Shown piece by piece: positions 23,049 to 33,025 of a DNA stretch of 34,921 bases. The notes under the pieces were generated by a model. That model was not told the DNA's origin. It worked only from the letters and a program-made list of their open reading frames with translations, and ran no database searches. Each line of letters starts with the position of its first letter. The first letter of the stretch is position 1. The DNA is from a virus (lineage: Duplodnaviria; Caudoviricetes): IMG/VR virus record IMGVR_UViG_3300037478_000353, positions 1 to 34,921 of that record. One strand, written 5' to 3'. Made by a program: the position numbers and the translations under genes.

Positions 23049-25312
23049 TCGGTCCCCCGGTATTCTGCCCACACGAACGGCAGGCTCACTGTATCGGCGG
23101 CGTTGCCGAGATCAACGGTGATCTCGATGTCCTGGTCAACCGTCGTGTCCACGGCCTCATTGTCGCCCGAGAAGTTCAGGTCATCCGGCCCCCGGCTGTA
23201 TCTGGTGATAATACCCTGGGCGTTCGTCGCCCCGTCGTTGAACAGTTCCATGGTCGCATCTACCACGGTGATGGCTGCGGCAACCGCGATGAACGCCACA
23301 ACGTTGCCGCCCCAATAGATGCGGATATCCTTGTTCCCAGCCGACCCCGAGATCGTGAACAGCGCCCGCATGTGCAGGAGGCCGTTCGTGCCGAGGCGAT
23401 TCGCGGGCACGGTAAGCGTCTTCAGGACCGTCTCGGTCGTGTCGCCAGTGTGGTTCGGGTTGGTGGTGTCCTTGTGGAACAGGCCAATCCGCCGCTCCTG
23501 CCTCGCGCTGACGATCGGACCGAAGACATCGCTCCCGTCGACCGCGCCTACCTTCACGTGCGCGTCGTTGCCGGTCGTGATGTGGACGCCGGTCGCGATC
23601 ACGCCCTCTCGGCCGACGATGTTGCCGTCGTTCACGCCCACCGTCGGGTCTGATGGGTCGACTCCATCGCCGACCGTGACGTAGATCGCGGAAGTATCTT
23701 CATCGCCCGAGACACTCACTACGGCATTGCCGTTCGCGTCGAACGCCACGCCGATGTTCGTCACCTCAGCGACCAGATCCGCGTCGAACGAGTGCGCACC
23801 TTCGATGGTGCGGCTGACGCCGACGGCGTCCGTGTAGGTAACTACCCAGCGGATCGACACCAAATGCTTGACCGTAAGCGCGATGTCCTCGCCACGCGTG
23901 AGATCGGCGGATGCCCCGATGGTGCCCGTGAAGCGATCCCATGTGGTCGCGAGTGATCCGTAGCTGCCTGCGTCGGTCTTTTTTGCGAACTGTATGCCGG
24001 TGATCCTCATGTCCGGGTCCGTGATCGTAAGGTCCATGATGCCAGTCGAACCGGATTGGCCCAGCCGCATCGCTACCGTAGGGATCGCGACATCCGGTTC
24101 CTCGCGGGCCTCTTGCTGGTGCCAGCGCTCGAAGCCACCCGACGGCTTGCCGGAACCGATGATGTAGGTACGGCAGTCGTCGGCCCGCAGGACATGGCGG
24201 TAGCCGAACACGCCGAACTTCTGCTCGGTGTCGTAGTGCTCGCCGGGGCTCAGCGCGAGGAGGTCGCCAAGTTCGATCGGCCAGAAGTACGCGGCGTCGA
24301 TCTCCTGAGGCAGCAGGGGCGACTCGGTGTCATCTAGGATCCTGTCGATCAGCGTCGCAGCCTTCGTATCCGTGCTGACTGAGGAGTCGCGCGCGTCCAC
24401 CCGAATGAAGCGGGTCTCGTACAGCGCGATCGAGGCGGCCCGCGTGTCGGTCTCGGTCTGCACGTCGCCGGACGTGTCCGTGTAGACGACCTCGCCGTCG
24501 TTGCGGACCCCCTCGTCATCAAGCGAGATGCGGGGGATCTCATAGTAGTCGTCCGGGCCGAGCGTATGGACTGCGACCGTGGCCGAGCGGTCGGGATCCC
24601 ATAGCGTCAGCCGGAACGCCCCGGCGCTCTCGTTCCAGCGCCAGTGAAGATTCCAGGCGTTCAAGTCGATGATCGCCTGCAGGGCTTCCAAGACCGTCAC
24701 GTTGCCGATCGGCTTCTCCAGCATCGCGAAGCTTGTGGCCGTGAACGCTAGCTCGATCTCCGACGCGCCGAACACGTCGTCGAGCAGCTCCTGGATCACG
24801 TCTTCCATGAACTCGTCGAGCGCGTCCGAGCCGTAGTCGGTCACGGTGCGGATGAACGTGCGCGCGAGGCGGGTCATCGGGTCGAGCGCCTCGAACGTCA
24901 CCTTGTTGTCCGAGCCACCCCATTCGACGAGCTTGCCGAGCCCCTCCCATACGAGCACCCAGTCACCGGACTCGGGCGCCTCACCCTGGAGCTTCGACGC
25001 CGTCTCGACCGTCGCCATGCGGTTCGGGTAGATCAACGGCGCGTAGGAGCCCGTAGAGTCGACGTTGAGGTCAGACGCCTCGATCAGGGGCACCAGCGAG
25101 AGTGGGCCGATCGTGCGGAATAGGGTGATGGTCGCCGTGGAGATCAACGGCTCGGTGCGCACGTCGATGGTCACGTCGTCGAGCCAGTCGTGGCCGGCCA
25201 GGTTCGTGATCTCGATCATGGCGCCGTCGGCGTTCTCGATCTTCACCCGTGTGTGATCGGCCCGGTCGGTGCTCGCGAGGACGGCTAGCTCAGCCACGGT
25301 CGCGGCCCTCAT
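23045..25312 (-). CDS. Minor tail protein (baseplate hub / Tal-like with C-terminal extension)
   Basis: 755 aa, second gene after tape measure; VRN...V.Y...SIALY..R and IELGDLL motifs typical of hub proteins. Confidence 0.72.
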   Translation of the reverse strand: MRAATVAELAVLASTDRADHTRVKIENADGAMIEITNLAGHDWLDDVTIDVRTEPLISTATITLFRTIGPLSLVPLIEASDLNVDSTGSYAPLIYPNRMATVETASKLQGEAPESGDWVLVWEGLGKLVEWGGSDNKVTFEALDPMTRLARTFIRTVTDYGSDALDEFMEDVIQELLDDVFGASEIELAFTATSFAMLEKPIGNVTVLEALQAIIDLNAWNLHWRWNESAGAFRLTLWDPDRSATVAVHTLGPDDYYEIPRISLDDEGVRNDGEVVYTDTSGDVQTETDTRAASIALYETRFIRVDARDSSVSTDTKAATLIDRILDDTESPLLPQEIDAAYFWPIELGDLLALSPGEHYDTEQKFGVFGYRHVLRADDCRTYIIGSGKPSGGFERWHQQEAREEPDVAIPTVAMRLGQSGSTGIMDLTITDPDMRITGIQFAKKTDAGSYGSLATTWDRFTGTIGASADLTRGEDIALTVKHLVSIRWVVTYTDAVGVSRTIEGAHSFDADLVAEVTNIGVAFDANGNAVVSVSGDEDTSAIYVTVGDGVDPSDPTVGVNDGNIVGREGVIATGVHITTGNDAHVKVGAVDGSDVFGPIVSARQERRIGLFHKDTTNPNHTGDTTETVLKTLTVPANRLGTNGLLHMRALFTISGSAGNKDIRIYWGGNVVAFIAVAAAITVVDATMELFNDGATNAQGIITRYSRGPDDLNFSGDNEAVDTTVDQDIEITVDLGNAADTVSLPFVWAEYRGTD

Positions 25313-28300
25313 ACGGACCTACCCGAGTGGGTGTAGTGCGTGTACGCGAACGTCTTGGTGCCCCCTCCCAGCTGAGTGCGCACGCGCGCCTCCGGATAAC
25401 CAATGCTGTAGAGGTAATTGATGAGCGGCCGAGAGGCTTCGTGGGCTTCGGTGAAGTACGTCCAGTCGTTGTCGGCGTGGTTATCCGCAAAGTACTTCAA
25501 GCGCGTCACGGCACGGAGCACGGCAGAGTTCGACCACAGGTGCGCGTTACCGTATCCGAGTCGCCGGATGATCTCGACCGTCCCTATCGCAGAGTCGAGT
25601 GCCTCCTCCACGTATCGCAGCGTCGTGTTGCCTGGATAGACCGTCCATTGTTCACCCGAGTCCGGGACAGTGCCCTTCGGCGTGACCCACGTCACGTCTC
25701 CAGTACCGACGTTGTGGGTGTCGATGACCCGATTCACGCCGTCGTCCGTGAAATACAGCCGTTCGCCGACGATCGACGTTGTGGGCGCGTTCGTACCTAG
25801 GTTTGCGGAGGTCGACGTGCCATCTGCCGGGAAAGTGCCGCTCCAGAACGGATCGTCGCGTCGCATCTCCTCGGGCTGGATGCCGCTCCAGTCGTGCCCG
25901 AAGCGCGTGACGCCCGCGCTGACGATCCCGCGATACGTGGCCGAGTCGGTCGGGTCCTCGTGCCACGAGAGGTCCGGCGAGGAGGTCGGGCCCCACAGTG
26001 CTTCCGCGCCGCCACGTGTCCGGTCGCCGAGCCAGAACGCGACCTCCTCCACGATGCCATCGAGCTCCGGGGTGTTGCCCACGTAAGCGTAAGTGATGAT
26101 GCAGGTCCAACGGCAGGCGTTCCCGATGTTGTTTGGTCTGGCATACGCTCCGTCGCGGACGTTATTCATGCCGCCGCCCACGTAGGACTCCGTGAGCGCG
26201 CCTTCGGCGAAGGCCGCGAAATCAGTGTGCAGCGATGGGTTGCTTGACCTTATGTTGCACATGTCAGCAGCCAAGACGTACGCCCCTAGATTACGCGCGT
26301 AGCCGAGCGCTTGGCCGTTGGCCTTTGGGTATCCTGCATTAATCAGATCCTGCAGGTACGACTCGACTTTCGTCCTGTAGGATGTCGTGCCGGTCCTCAG
26401 GTACACGAGCGCGCCCGAGAGCGCGTACAGATTCGCCGTCGAGTCCTGGTCGTCCATCTCGGCGGCGGGCCACGTCGCGTCCGCCGTCGCGAGCATGTCC
26501 GTCCAGTCGTCGCCGCTCATTGGGCGGGTGTCGATCTCCGCTTTGGAGATCCAGAGATTCAGGGACGGCGGCTCAATTGGCGCGGCCGCTTTGGCGTGGA
26601 GCCGGGCGGCAGCGAGCTTGCGCATCTGGTCCATCGTGTAGACGCCACGGGCGCCCGTGATCGTCCGGAGCCCGACCGGCGCCTGGACGTTCGAGTCATG
26701 GCCCCCCGCGAACGTCAGCAAGTCCTCGTCGAAGTCCGGCAGCGTCGCCCCGAACGTGGCGACGGATCCGAGCACCTCAGCCGCGCCGTCGACCGACACG
26801 CCGAGCTGCACCTTCCAGAGATCGTCAGCCGGATCGAGGTAGACGACAAGCCGGGCCTCGGCGGGCTTGTCGAGCGGGACGACAGCGGATGGAGCGCTGT
26901 TCGCATTGATGCCGCCCGCCTCGAACAGGCTCCCGTCGATCGTACCGTCACCGGACGAGCCGCTGAACAGTAGGAGTCGCACGTCGTCGCCGACCTGCCA
27001 GTAGCGGGTAGACGACGTGTCATCGTACGCCGTCCCCCGCTCAATCCAAGACGTGTAGAACGTCGCGCCGCCCGCTGCACGGATGTCGGCCATCGTGAAG
27101 CCGGGAGGCTTGGTCATCTTCTCGGCACCTTGATTGATCGCAACCGCGCCGGTCGCCGTATAGGCACCAGGCGTCGATCCTTCTTCGATCTGCCAGCCCC
27201 AAGGGACCGCGAACCCGGTCAATGTCGCGTCTGGATTCGCTTCCGGGTCGGTAGCGTGATCGCCCTGGACGGGGCGAAAACCCGCGCTGAATGATGTGTT
27301 GCCGCCTGGGTTCGCCATGGCGATGTAAACCCGCCAGTACGTTCCCTCGTCGACCACGCCCGAACCGGCCGGTGGATCCGAAGCGTCCTCGATGATCGTC
27401 TGGTCCGACGGCCGGAAGTAGATGAGGCCTGTATCGCTGGTCCCGCCCGACAGCCCGAGCCTAATTCGGATCCAATAGCTCGCATCCGTCAGCGCCGTCT
27501 TGTGGACGTGGATCGAGTGGACCCATGTCGTGCTGCCGGCGTGCGCGAGCGAGCCGACGAAGGTTCCCTCCACCGTGACCGCGGATTGGTCGTCGACCTT
27601 GTCCGCGGTCGTCTCCCCATCCGGCGCTAGAAATTGGTCAGCGGTAACAACAAGGCCCGACACACCTCCGGTAGCCGCGTCAAAATCCTCTGAGTTCGTC
27701 ATCAGATTCTGTTTTGCGGGCGAGAGCGCGGCGACGGGCACCCGACCGGAAACGGCGGTGTGCAGGACAGTTACTGGCGCCGTCGTCGTCGGGACGTAGT
27801 CAGTCGGGGATGTCCCTACCTCAACCTGCACGTCACCGATCGTCGCGTTACCTACGAGCCCGACGGACTCCGACGAGGGCGCTATGGTAACGGTCATGCC
27901 CGTGCTAGAGCCGTTGTTCGTGACCGTCAACCATATGCGCCACCAGGACCCCTCGTCGATGACATCGTAGTCGTCCGGCTCGGCCGAGCCGGCACCGGCG
28001 GTCAGGCTTCCGTCTGACAGATCGAGCAAGACAATTTTGGTTGCCTGACCCCCGCCGGTCAGCACGATGGCGAACTGGACGACGTTCGAGGAGTGATCCG
28101 TCTTGTCCACCCGTAGCGAACATGCATACGAGTCGGAGTTGGCCGGGATAGTCAGGGCCTGGGCCACCGAGGCCACCGCCGCGGCGCTATTGTCCTCCAG
28201 ATTCTGCATGAAGGCGCCGTCGGGGCCAACGACGCCCGAAGTGGTAACGACGACGAACCCACCACCACCACTGACGCCAGTCCACGTCGCGTTGAAGTTG

Positions 28301-28836
28301 TCGGATTGGAGAATGATATTCGTCGTGGAGTCGCCAGTCAGTACGATGCGGTCCGTGTAATCGGCAAAAGCACCGACCCGTGCCACGCCGGTCGGCGCCG
28401 ATTGCGGGACGCCGTCCGAGTCGGTGTAGGGGGCAGGTCCCGACCGCGTGAACGTGTAGGCGCCCGGCGCGAGGGCGTCGAAGCTGAAAAGCAGCGGGCT
28501 TGGCGTGAATCCCGTCTCCTCGATCCGCCAGGACAGCACCCACAGGTCGGCACCGAGCGGTTGCTGCTGCACGCCCGAGACGTGGAAGTAGGCGTCGGCC
28601 CCGAGAAGCGTGCCACCGTGCAGCACCGGGCCGGGGCTCGCGAGGATCGCACGCAGGATCGTCGCTTCGTCGCCCGACATGAAGTCGGTGTGGATCTGAC
28701 CGACCCGCACGTCGCCGAGCTTGTGGGAGCGCATCACGCCGCTCTTGGCGCGACGGCGTACACCGACGGCTGAGTCGCCGATCGTCGTGCGCGTCGTGGC
28801 ACTCACGGCGACCCCTTCGACGGTCAACGCGCTCAC
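25309..28836 (-). CDS. Multidomain tail protein: distal-tail-like N-terminus, two carbohydrate-binding-like repeats, LamG-like domain, C-terminal alginate-lyase-like domain
   Basis: Repeats TNIILQSDNF / QNLMTNSEDF, each ending Q.E.G..P..Y..T; C-terminal helical domain with RPNNIG, DLSWH.DP, PEEMRR, Y.EEAL. Confidence 0.72.
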   Translation of the reverse strand: MSALTVEGVAVSATTRTTIGDSAVGVRRRAKSGVMRSHKLGDVRVGQIHTDFMSGDEATILRAILASPGPVLHGGTLLGADAYFHVSGVQQQPLGADLWVLSWRIEETGFTPSPLLFSFDALAPGAYTFTRSGPAPYTDSDGVPQSAPTGVARVGAFADYTDRIVLTGDSTTNIILQSDNFNATWTGVSGGGGFVVVTTSGVVGPDGAFMQNLEDNSAAAVASVAQALTIPANSDSYACSLRVDKTDHSSNVVQFAIVLTGGGQATKIVLLDLSDGSLTAGAGSAEPDDYDVIDEGSWWRIWLTVTNNGSSTGMTVTIAPSSESVGLVGNATIGDVQVEVGTSPTDYVPTTTAPVTVLHTAVSGRVPVAALSPAKQNLMTNSEDFDAATGGVSGLVVTADQFLAPDGETTADKVDDQSAVTVEGTFVGSLAHAGSTTWVHSIHVHKTALTDASYWIRIRLGLSGGTSDTGLIYFRPSDQTIIEDASDPPAGSGVVDEGTYWRVYIAMANPGGNTSFSAGFRPVQGDHATDPEANPDATLTGFAVPWGWQIEEGSTPGAYTATGAVAINQGAEKMTKPPGFTMADIRAAGGATFYTSWIERGTAYDDTSSTRYWQVGDDVRLLLFSGSSGDGTIDGSLFEAGGINANSAPSAVVPLDKPAEARLVVYLDPADDLWKVQLGVSVDGAAEVLGSVATFGATLPDFDEDLLTFAGGHDSNVQAPVGLRTITGARGVYTMDQMRKLAAARLHAKAAAPIEPPSLNLWISKAEIDTRPMSGDDWTDMLATADATWPAAEMDDQDSTANLYALSGALVYLRTGTTSYRTKVESYLQDLINAGYPKANGQALGYARNLGAYVLAADMCNIRSSNPSLHTDFAAFAEGALTESYVGGGMNNVRDGAYARPNNIGNACRWTCIITYAYVGNTPELDGIVEEVAFWLGDRTRGGAEALWGPTSSPDLSWHEDPTDSATYRGIVSAGVTRFGHDWSGIQPEEMRRDDPFWSGTFPADGTSTSANLGTNAPTTSIVGERLYFTDDGVNRVIDTHNVGTGDVTWVTPKGTVPDSGEQWTVYPGNTTLRYVEEALDSAIGTVEIIRRLGYGNAHLWSNSAVLRAVTRLKYFADNHADNDWTYFTEAHEASRPLINYLYSIGYPEARVRTQLGGGTKTFAYTHYTHSGRSV

Positions 28837-30899
28837 CTGACCGCACCCCTACGGAGATCGCGACCACGCAGACGGCGCTCGACAGCATCCGCCGCGCCCT
28901 CGGGATCCGACGCGGTCACGTTGATCGTGACGGATCCGATATTGAAGTCTGAGTCGTCGATGATCGCGGGCGGTTCGGACGGTCCGCGGCCGTAGAACTC
29001 CGAGTAGCGGCTGATATCGAACCCGGCCGGTGCGTTGAAGACGCCGAGCACGCGGTCCCACTCCTCACGTGCCCGTTCGGCCGCCAAGAGCGCGGCCTCC
29101 GCTGCCTGTACTTCCGCCAGGAACGCGAGCGTGGCCGCGTCCCACCCCTGTTCGGCGGCGCGCTGGTATTCGCGCTGCTGCTGGTTTCGGAGCGCGAGCG
29201 CGTCGGCCTCCTGGTCGAGCCCCTGGGCGCGCAGGAAGCGCACGTCTAGTTCCTGCTTGAAGCGCTCCTGTTCGGCCCTGGCGAGCTCCTCGGCCCTGTC
29301 GGTGTTGGTCGCGTAGACGCGCGAGAGCTCTTCGAGTTGCGCGATCTGGCGCTCGAGTCTCTGCTGGAGCCCCGTGTCACCGACCATGCCCGCAGCGTCG
29401 GCAATTGATTGCAGCCGAGCGATTCGCTCAGCCGTCTCGTCGAAAGCGATCCCGCCGCTGAGCGCCTGGAAGCCCTCCTCGATCTCACGTTGCGCCCGCT
29501 GCAACTCCGTGAAGTTGGTGAACATGTCCTCGAAGTCGTCGAACGCGCGCTCCCATACGCGCTGCGCTTCGCGCGCCTGCCTGCCCGACGAGGCGAGTCC
29601 AGACACGATGCCCGCGACGCCGCCGACGATCGCACCAGCAGGTCCCGCGATGGCGAACCCGGATAGACCGCCACCGAGCGCACCGAGCGCGGGATCCCCG
29701 GTCGACGCCCCGTAGCCGACACCCGCCAAGGCCGCCGATCCGAACCCGATCGCGCGGTCGCGGCCCGTCTCCATCGGCACCCGCTCCAGCGAGATCGCAG
29801 CGGCGACGAGTGCAAGGACTTGATCGGTCACGCCGCCGTAGGCTCTGCCGACGTTCTGCAGGTTCTGGACGAGACTGGCGAGCGCGCGCTCCTGGGCTCG
29901 TTCGAGCTCACGCTCAGCGTCGCGCTGCGCGCGGCGTTGCTCGTCCCGTTGCCGTTCGATCGTGTCCAGTGTCGTCTCGACGCCCTCGACGATCTTGTCG
30001 TGAAAGGCTTCCTCTTGCAGCAGACGCTCCCGCGTGGCGGCCGCGATCACCTCGCCTTCGACCTGTAGCCGCTGGAGCGTCAGCTCGACCATGATCCGAC
30101 GGTGTTCTTCGGCCTCCTGCCTGAGCTTGTCCTGATGCTCCCTGGCAGCCGCGGAGGACTCTTGCCGGTGGCGTAGGCTCTCTCGTCGCTCACGTGCCCG
30201 CGAGTCGCGGTTGTCGTCTTCCAGCTCGGCCAGCGCTTCGCGATTCAGGCGATTCTGTTCGCGTAGCCGGTCCCCGTACGAGCGTACAAGGGCTTGGTTG
30301 CCGACCGCTTGCGCCTGCTCAACCAGCACGGCAAGCCGCCTGGCCTCGGCCTGGCCGGCCTCCAACGCGATCTGCGTCTGGCCGCCACGGGCTTCGATCC
30401 CGCGCTCGGAGGCAATACCACGCAGCACCTTGAGTTGCGCGTCGAGCTCCTCCTTGGCCTCGCGCGCGTCTCTCGCTAGCAGCCGCATCCCGAAGCCCAG
30501 CGCCGCGATGCCAGCGAGAATCGGCACCATCTTCGCCGTGCCAATCGCGAACGTGCCAACGACGTCGGCGAGCTGGCCGACGACCGGATGGGCGCCGCTC
30601 GCCTGACGGGCAAGCACCACCATCGAGTTGTTGAGGCGGTGAACGCCCGCACCGGCAAAGCGGCTGGCCGTGCCGACCTCCTCGACCGTCTTGGCCGTCT
30701 TAGAAAACTGGCGCTCGAACTCCACAGCATCGTCGTAGAAGATGTCCGACGCGCTCAGCCGATCGTTGAACGCCCGCTGGTATGAGTCGGTGCTCGCCTC
30801 GGCGCGCTGAGCGGCCTGGGTGAACTGGTCGAGTTGCGTCGTCGCCTGGACGATCTGCGTTCCGTCGATCTTCAGGCCGAGCCGAGCAATGTCAGTCAC
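28833..30899 (-). CDS. Tape measure protein
   Basis: Starts MTDIARLGLKID; long Ala/Glu/Arg helical stretches and Gly-rich hydrophobic hairpin; follows the tail chaperones. Confidence 0.88.
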   Translation of the reverse strand: MTDIARLGLKIDGTQIVQATTQLDQFTQAAQRAEASTDSYQRAFNDRLSASDIFYDDAVEFERQFSKTAKTVEEVGTASRFAGAGVHRLNNSMVVLARQASGAHPVVGQLADVVGTFAIGTAKMVPILAGIAALGFGMRLLARDAREAKEELDAQLKVLRGIASERGIEARGGQTQIALEAGQAEARRLAVLVEQAQAVGNQALVRSYGDRLREQNRLNREALAELEDDNRDSRARERRESLRHRQESSAAAREHQDKLRQEAEEHRRIMVELTLQRLQVEGEVIAAATRERLLQEEAFHDKIVEGVETTLDTIERQRDEQRRAQRDAERELERAQERALASLVQNLQNVGRAYGGVTDQVLALVAAAISLERVPMETGRDRAIGFGSAALAGVGYGASTGDPALGALGGGLSGFAIAGPAGAIVGGVAGIVSGLASSGRQAREAQRVWERAFDDFEDMFTNFTELQRAQREIEEGFQALSGGIAFDETAERIARLQSIADAAGMVGDTGLQQRLERQIAQLEELSRVYATNTDRAEELARAEQERFKQELDVRFLRAQGLDQEADALALRNQQQREYQRAAEQGWDAATLAFLAEVQAAEAALLAAERAREEWDRVLGVFNAPAGFDISRYSEFYGRGPSEPPAIIDDSDFNIGSVTINVTASDPEGAADAVERRLRGRDLRRGAVR

Positions 30900-30900
30900 G

Positions 30901-31282
30901 TCACGCGTCCGGCGGAAACGCCATCACCGACGTGATCCAGAGCAGAGCGTCGACCTCGTCCGGTTCCGGTGCGCGACCCGTCAGCCGAGCCCACGCGTCC
31001 ATGTCCGTGTAGGTGATCGGGGCGGGCATGCCCCGGTGCCGTGGCCGGGCGCGATGTAGCTCCCGAGCCCACCCGTACAGGTACGCGAGCTCGTGCGGAA
31101 ACGATGTCTTGCCGGAGAGCTCCGTCGCCGCTCGCTCGCGTTGAGCCTTGGTCCCACGGGATAGCGCGGCTTCGAGGTGCGAGCGCACGCTCCCCGCTTC
31201 CGGGTCGCCCCCTACGGGACGATCGAGCCTGGCCTGGTGTCCAACCCATTCGATCAATCGCCGGAGGAGGCCCTGGAAAAAA
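30901..31282 (-). CDS. Tail assembly chaperone, frameshift extension (gpT-like)
   Basis: YLYGWARELHRAR...PITYTDMDAWARLTG..P.P.EV..L pattern; lacks its own good start; in the -1 frame relative to the upstream chaperone. Confidence 0.7.
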
Positions 31283-31670
31283 CGCCGTGCGCGCCCATCC
31301 CGCGCTCGACCTGACGGAGTACGTGATCCGCGGCGGGCGCCGCCAGCAGAGCCCGGACGTTCGCGGGCGTGCACTCGATCGCGGTCTCCCCGTCGTCCCA
31401 CCCGTGCCAATCGACGACTGCGGCAACCGCTCGGTCGACGCGAGCCTCGTGTTCCGCTTCGGCGCCGAACGCACTGAGCCCACGCCGGACGCGCTCCCTG
31501 CGCTGCTCCTCGTACGCGCGCACGCGCTTGGATTCCTCGCCGACGACCGATATCGTCGCGGGCGTGCCGTCGAGCGCGCGGTAGGGCTCGCCGTCGAGCT
31601 GGTGGATGGTGATCGGGATCGCGTTTTCCTGCTGGGCGACCCCCGCTTCAACGTCCTTGATGCTGGCCAT
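31254..31670 (-). CDS. Tail assembly chaperone (gpG-like)
   Basis: GGGAG RBS; ATISVVGEESKRVR...AAVVDWHG....IECTPANVRALL; lies between tail tube and tape measure. Confidence 0.8.
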   Translation of the reverse strand: MASIKDVEAGVAQQENAIPITIHQLDGEPYRALDGTPATISVVGEESKRVRAYEEQRRERVRRGLSAFGAEAEHEARVDRAVAAVVDWHGWDDGETAIECTPANVRALLAAPAADHVLRQVERGMGAHGVFSRASSGD

Positions 31671-31809
31671 CGTGCTATGGCTCCCGTAAAGGTCCCTCGT
31701 CCCGCCGCAGCACGTCCAGCTCGCCCCGAAGGGTTCACTGGTACGGCGGAAGCGAGGGACGGTGCTCCTCGATGTCCGGACCGGCGACGACGTGCGCGCC
31801 ACCGGGTCA

Positions 31810-33015
31810 TTAGGCCGCCGAAGTAGAGACGAGCACGGACGTTGGCGCATATCCACTCCCCTCGCCGCGCTCGTCGAGGCCTCCGTACAGCGGGATCGTC
31901 TGGATCAGCGCGCCCTCACCACCGATGCCGGTGCCCCACCCGCCGAACGCGAGGTCGGGCAGGAAGAACGAGATGAAGTCGGACGCGGTGCCGCCCTGCT
32001 CCGCGCAGTGGAGCACCACCGACATCTGGGTCTCGGCGTCGAACGCGTCGAAGTCGGTGCCGTCCTCGACGGCGCCGGTGAACTGACCGGCAAGCGCGAA
32101 CTGGCCGAGGAAGATGTCGGGGCTCGTGACCGAGTCGAGGACCGGCAGGCCCTGGGCGGGTGCTGTGAGGCCGAACGTGAAGCCGGTGAGGTTCGCGCGC
32201 CGCTCGCCGTTGACGAAGATCCCGCCGTCGAGCAAGGTGAGCGACCGCCCGCCTACGAAGGTCGGCGACGTGAACGTCGGGGAGTCGCCGGTGTCCAAGA
32301 GCTCCAGGTCACGACCGACCAGGCCGAACCCGACCGTCACGTGCTGGTCGGGCTGCGCGCTGAAGTTCAGGGTGTTGAACTTCATGTCGGTCCCGAGCTT
32401 CGAGCGGTCGATGTCGGTCAGGTACTCCTCGACCGTGAAGTAGCGGTCCGTGTAGGGATCCGCAGTGTACACGGTCTTCGCGATCTCGATGTCCCACGCC
32501 GCGTCCGACGCGTTGTCGACGAGGATCCCGGACGGGATCGTCATTACCGTCTCGGTCGTCTCCAGGATCGGGAACCAGACCGAGTTATTCGCCGCCTCGC
32601 TCATGTTGGTCAGCCGAGCCCACATGCCGGCCCGCACGCCGTCGGTCAGGATCGAGCCGGTCCCGAACGTGAGCGTGACGCCCGACCCCGTGATGGTGAG
32701 CGTGCCCCAATCGGATTCGTCGAGAGCCTGAGCAGCAGTCCACGTGCCGCCGAGCACGGCCTCGATGACGGTGTCCAGGCTGCCGACCGTCAGCTCGGTC
32801 TCGTAAGCCGTGTTGGAGAGCCTCGACCCTTGACGCGGACGCTTTCTCATCCGCGTCGTCTGGATCATCTGCGACTCGATCGACGCGACCTGCATCGCGA
32901 GACCCTGGGACGGCCGGACCTCGATGCCCGACGCGCCGGTTCCGGTCGCGGGCGTGCCGAGCCCGGCCTGGACCTTAATATGGAGCGGGATATTGGCGAG
33001 GTTCGCGACGGCCAT
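31810..33015 (-). CDS. Major tail (tube) protein
   Basis: 401 aa; YFTVEEYLTDID.S....D.KFN.L.FS..P pattern; synteny. Confidence 0.85.
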   Translation of the reverse strand: MAVANLANIPLHIKVQAGLGTPATGTGASGIEVRPSQGLAMQVASIESQMIQTTRMRKRPRQGSRLSNTAYETELTVGSLDTVIEAVLGGTWTAAQALDESDWGTLTITGSGVTLTFGTGSILTDGVRAGMWARLTNMSEAANNSVWFPILETTETVMTIPSGILVDNASDAAWDIEIAKTVYTADPYTDRYFTVEEYLTDIDRSKLGTDMKFNTLNFSAQPDQHVTVGFGLVGRDLELLDTGDSPTFTSPTFVGGRSLTLLDGGIFVNGERRANLTGFTFGLTAPAQGLPVLDSVTSPDIFLGQFALAGQFTGAVEDGTDFDAFDAETQMSVVLHCAEQGGTASDFISFFLPDLAFGGWGTGIGGEGALIQTIPLYGGLDERGEGSGYAPTSVLVSTSAA

Positions 33016-33025
33016 GAGATAGCTC

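Noticed and set aside
15772-25842. Diversity-generating retroelement template/variable repeat pair (also considered for the 17057-19725 paralogues)
   Set aside because: Similarity is at protein level, differences are not adenine-specific, and no reverse transcriptase is present in the window.
30896-31810. 304-aa ORF spanning the chaperone genes
   Set aside because: Arg/Ser/Pro-rich third frame over two well-supported genes.
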